The notes beneath the pieces are model-generated. The model was not told the DNA's origin, searched no databases, and saw only the letters and a program-made list of their open reading frames with translations. Below are positions 63,257 to 64,000 of a DNA stretch of 64,000 nucleotides, piece after piece. How positions within the stretch are numbered: the stretch's first letter is position 1; each line of letters opens with the position of its first letter. This stretch comes from Vogesella amnigena. GTDB lineage: Bacteria; Pseudomonadota; Gammaproteobacteria; Burkholderiales; Chromobacteriaceae. The stretch covers positions 107,657 to 171,656 of the forward strand of contig NZ_JBHRYH010000021.1 in the NCBI RefSeq assembly GCF_042648905.1, read 5' to 3'. The position numbers were made by a program, and so were the translations under genes.

Positions 63257-64000
63257 TCATGGCAGGCATCGCCAGTGAACATGCTCGCCGGCCCGCAACG
63301 GCACCAGTTCCTCTTCACCATAGGCAAGAGTAGCCGGAACCTGCCAGCTTTCTTTGACCAGCGTCACGCTATCGGCATTGCGGGGCAGGCCATAAAATGC
63401 CGGGCCGTTGAAGCTGGCGAACGCTTCCAGCTTGTCCAGTGCCCCCGCCTGCTCGAAGGCCTCGGCGTACAGCTCGATGGCGGCATTGGCGGTGTACATG
63501 CCGGCGCAGCCACAGGAGTTTTCCTTGGTGTGGCGGGCGTGCGGCGCGCTGTCGGTACCCAGAAAGAACTTGCTGCTGCCGCTGGTAGCAGCGGCGACCA
63601 GTGCCTCGCGATGCACTTCGCGCTTCAGCACCGGTAGGCAGTAGTGATGCGGGCGGATGCCGCCGGTGAATAGCGCATTGCGGTTCATCAGCAGGTGATG
63701 GGCGGTAATGGTGGCCGCCACATTGTCCGGCGCGGCAGCCACGTACTCGGCAGCCTGGCGGGTGGTGATGTGCTCGAATACCACGCGCAGCTGCGGCAGG
63801 CGCTGCATCAGCGGCTCGAATACGGTATCGATGAACACGGCCTCGCGGTCGAACACGTCCACCGCCGGGTCGGTCACTTCGCCGTGCACCAAGAGCGGCA
63901 TGCCCACTTCCGCCATGGCTTCCAGCGCTACCATGGCATTGGCCACGTCGCGCACGCCGGCGTCGGAGTTGGTGGTGGCGCCGGCCGGGTATAGCTTGAT
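63257..64000 (-). CDS. pyrC: dihydroorotase, homodimeric type (partial; N-terminus beyond window end)
   Basis: C-terminal 232 aa match E. coli-type PyrC ([23 protein letters not shown]). The ORF runs off the window end. Confidence 0.85.
   Translation of the reverse strand: MKLYPAGATTNSDAGVRDVANAMVALEAMAEVGMPLLVHGEVTDPAVDVFDREAVFIDTVFEPLMQRLPQLRVVFEHITTRQAAEYVAAAPDNVAATITAHHLLMNRNALFTGGIRPHHYCLPVLKREVHREALVAAATSGSSKFFLGTDSAPHARHTKENSCGCAGMYTANAAIELYAEAFEQAGALDKLEAFASFNGPAFYGLPRNADSVTLVKESWQVPATLAYGEEELVPLRAGEHVHWRCLP

Overview
High-GC (about 63-65%) chromosomal segment, most likely from a betaproteobacterium (Neisseriales/Chromobacteriaceae-like is a weak inference from gene content and order). 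It is densely coding on both strands and mostly housekeeping.

Housekeeping content: purC/purK/purE; a tol-pal cluster (tolR-tolA-tolB-pal-cpoB) that conspicuously lacks tolQ; uvrD, cysE, rng, maf, tcdA, secA, proA, prpE, a five-gene opp/dpp peptide ABC operon, and a partial pyrC at the right edge. Accessory genes include a FosA-like fosfomycin-resistance glutathione transferase inserted between purC and purK, two methyl-accepting chemotaxis proteins (MCPs), a GGDEF diguanylate cyclase, an Ivy-type lysozyme inhibitor and a prolyl oligopeptidase.

A palindromic REP-like repeat (TGCGGCCAAC-N0-8-GTTGGCCGCA) punctuates at least 15 intergenic sites, and one copy sits in-frame inside a CPBP protease gene.

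Most interesting loci:
(1) A non-canonical Rtc RNA-repair island (29.2-34.7 kb): rtcR is divergent from a sigma54 -24/-12 promoter, followed by a roughly 450-nt structured non-coding leader with two tandem tRNA-like modules, then an SPFH/band-7 protein, rtcB and a pol-beta-type nucleotidyltransferase. There is no rtcA and no rsr.
(2) A translationally coupled pair (25.4-26.8 kb): a 202-aa soluble mini-MCP retaining only the chemoreceptor hairpin-tip motif, plus a single-domain MBL-fold protein with a non-canonical metal motif. This is reminiscent of ODP-type diiron chemotaxis sensors. It is followed by a structured non-coding region with two CACCUCC/GGAGGUG (anti-SD/SD) hairpins.
(3) A roughly 125-bp element present twice, in the 3' UTR position of cysE and of a 2OG-Fe(II) oxygenase gene, i.e. 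bracketing the oxygenase gene.

No transposases, integrases, CRISPR arrays or rRNA genes were seen. Coordinates of non-ORF elements were derived by eye and are approximate (+/- a few nt).
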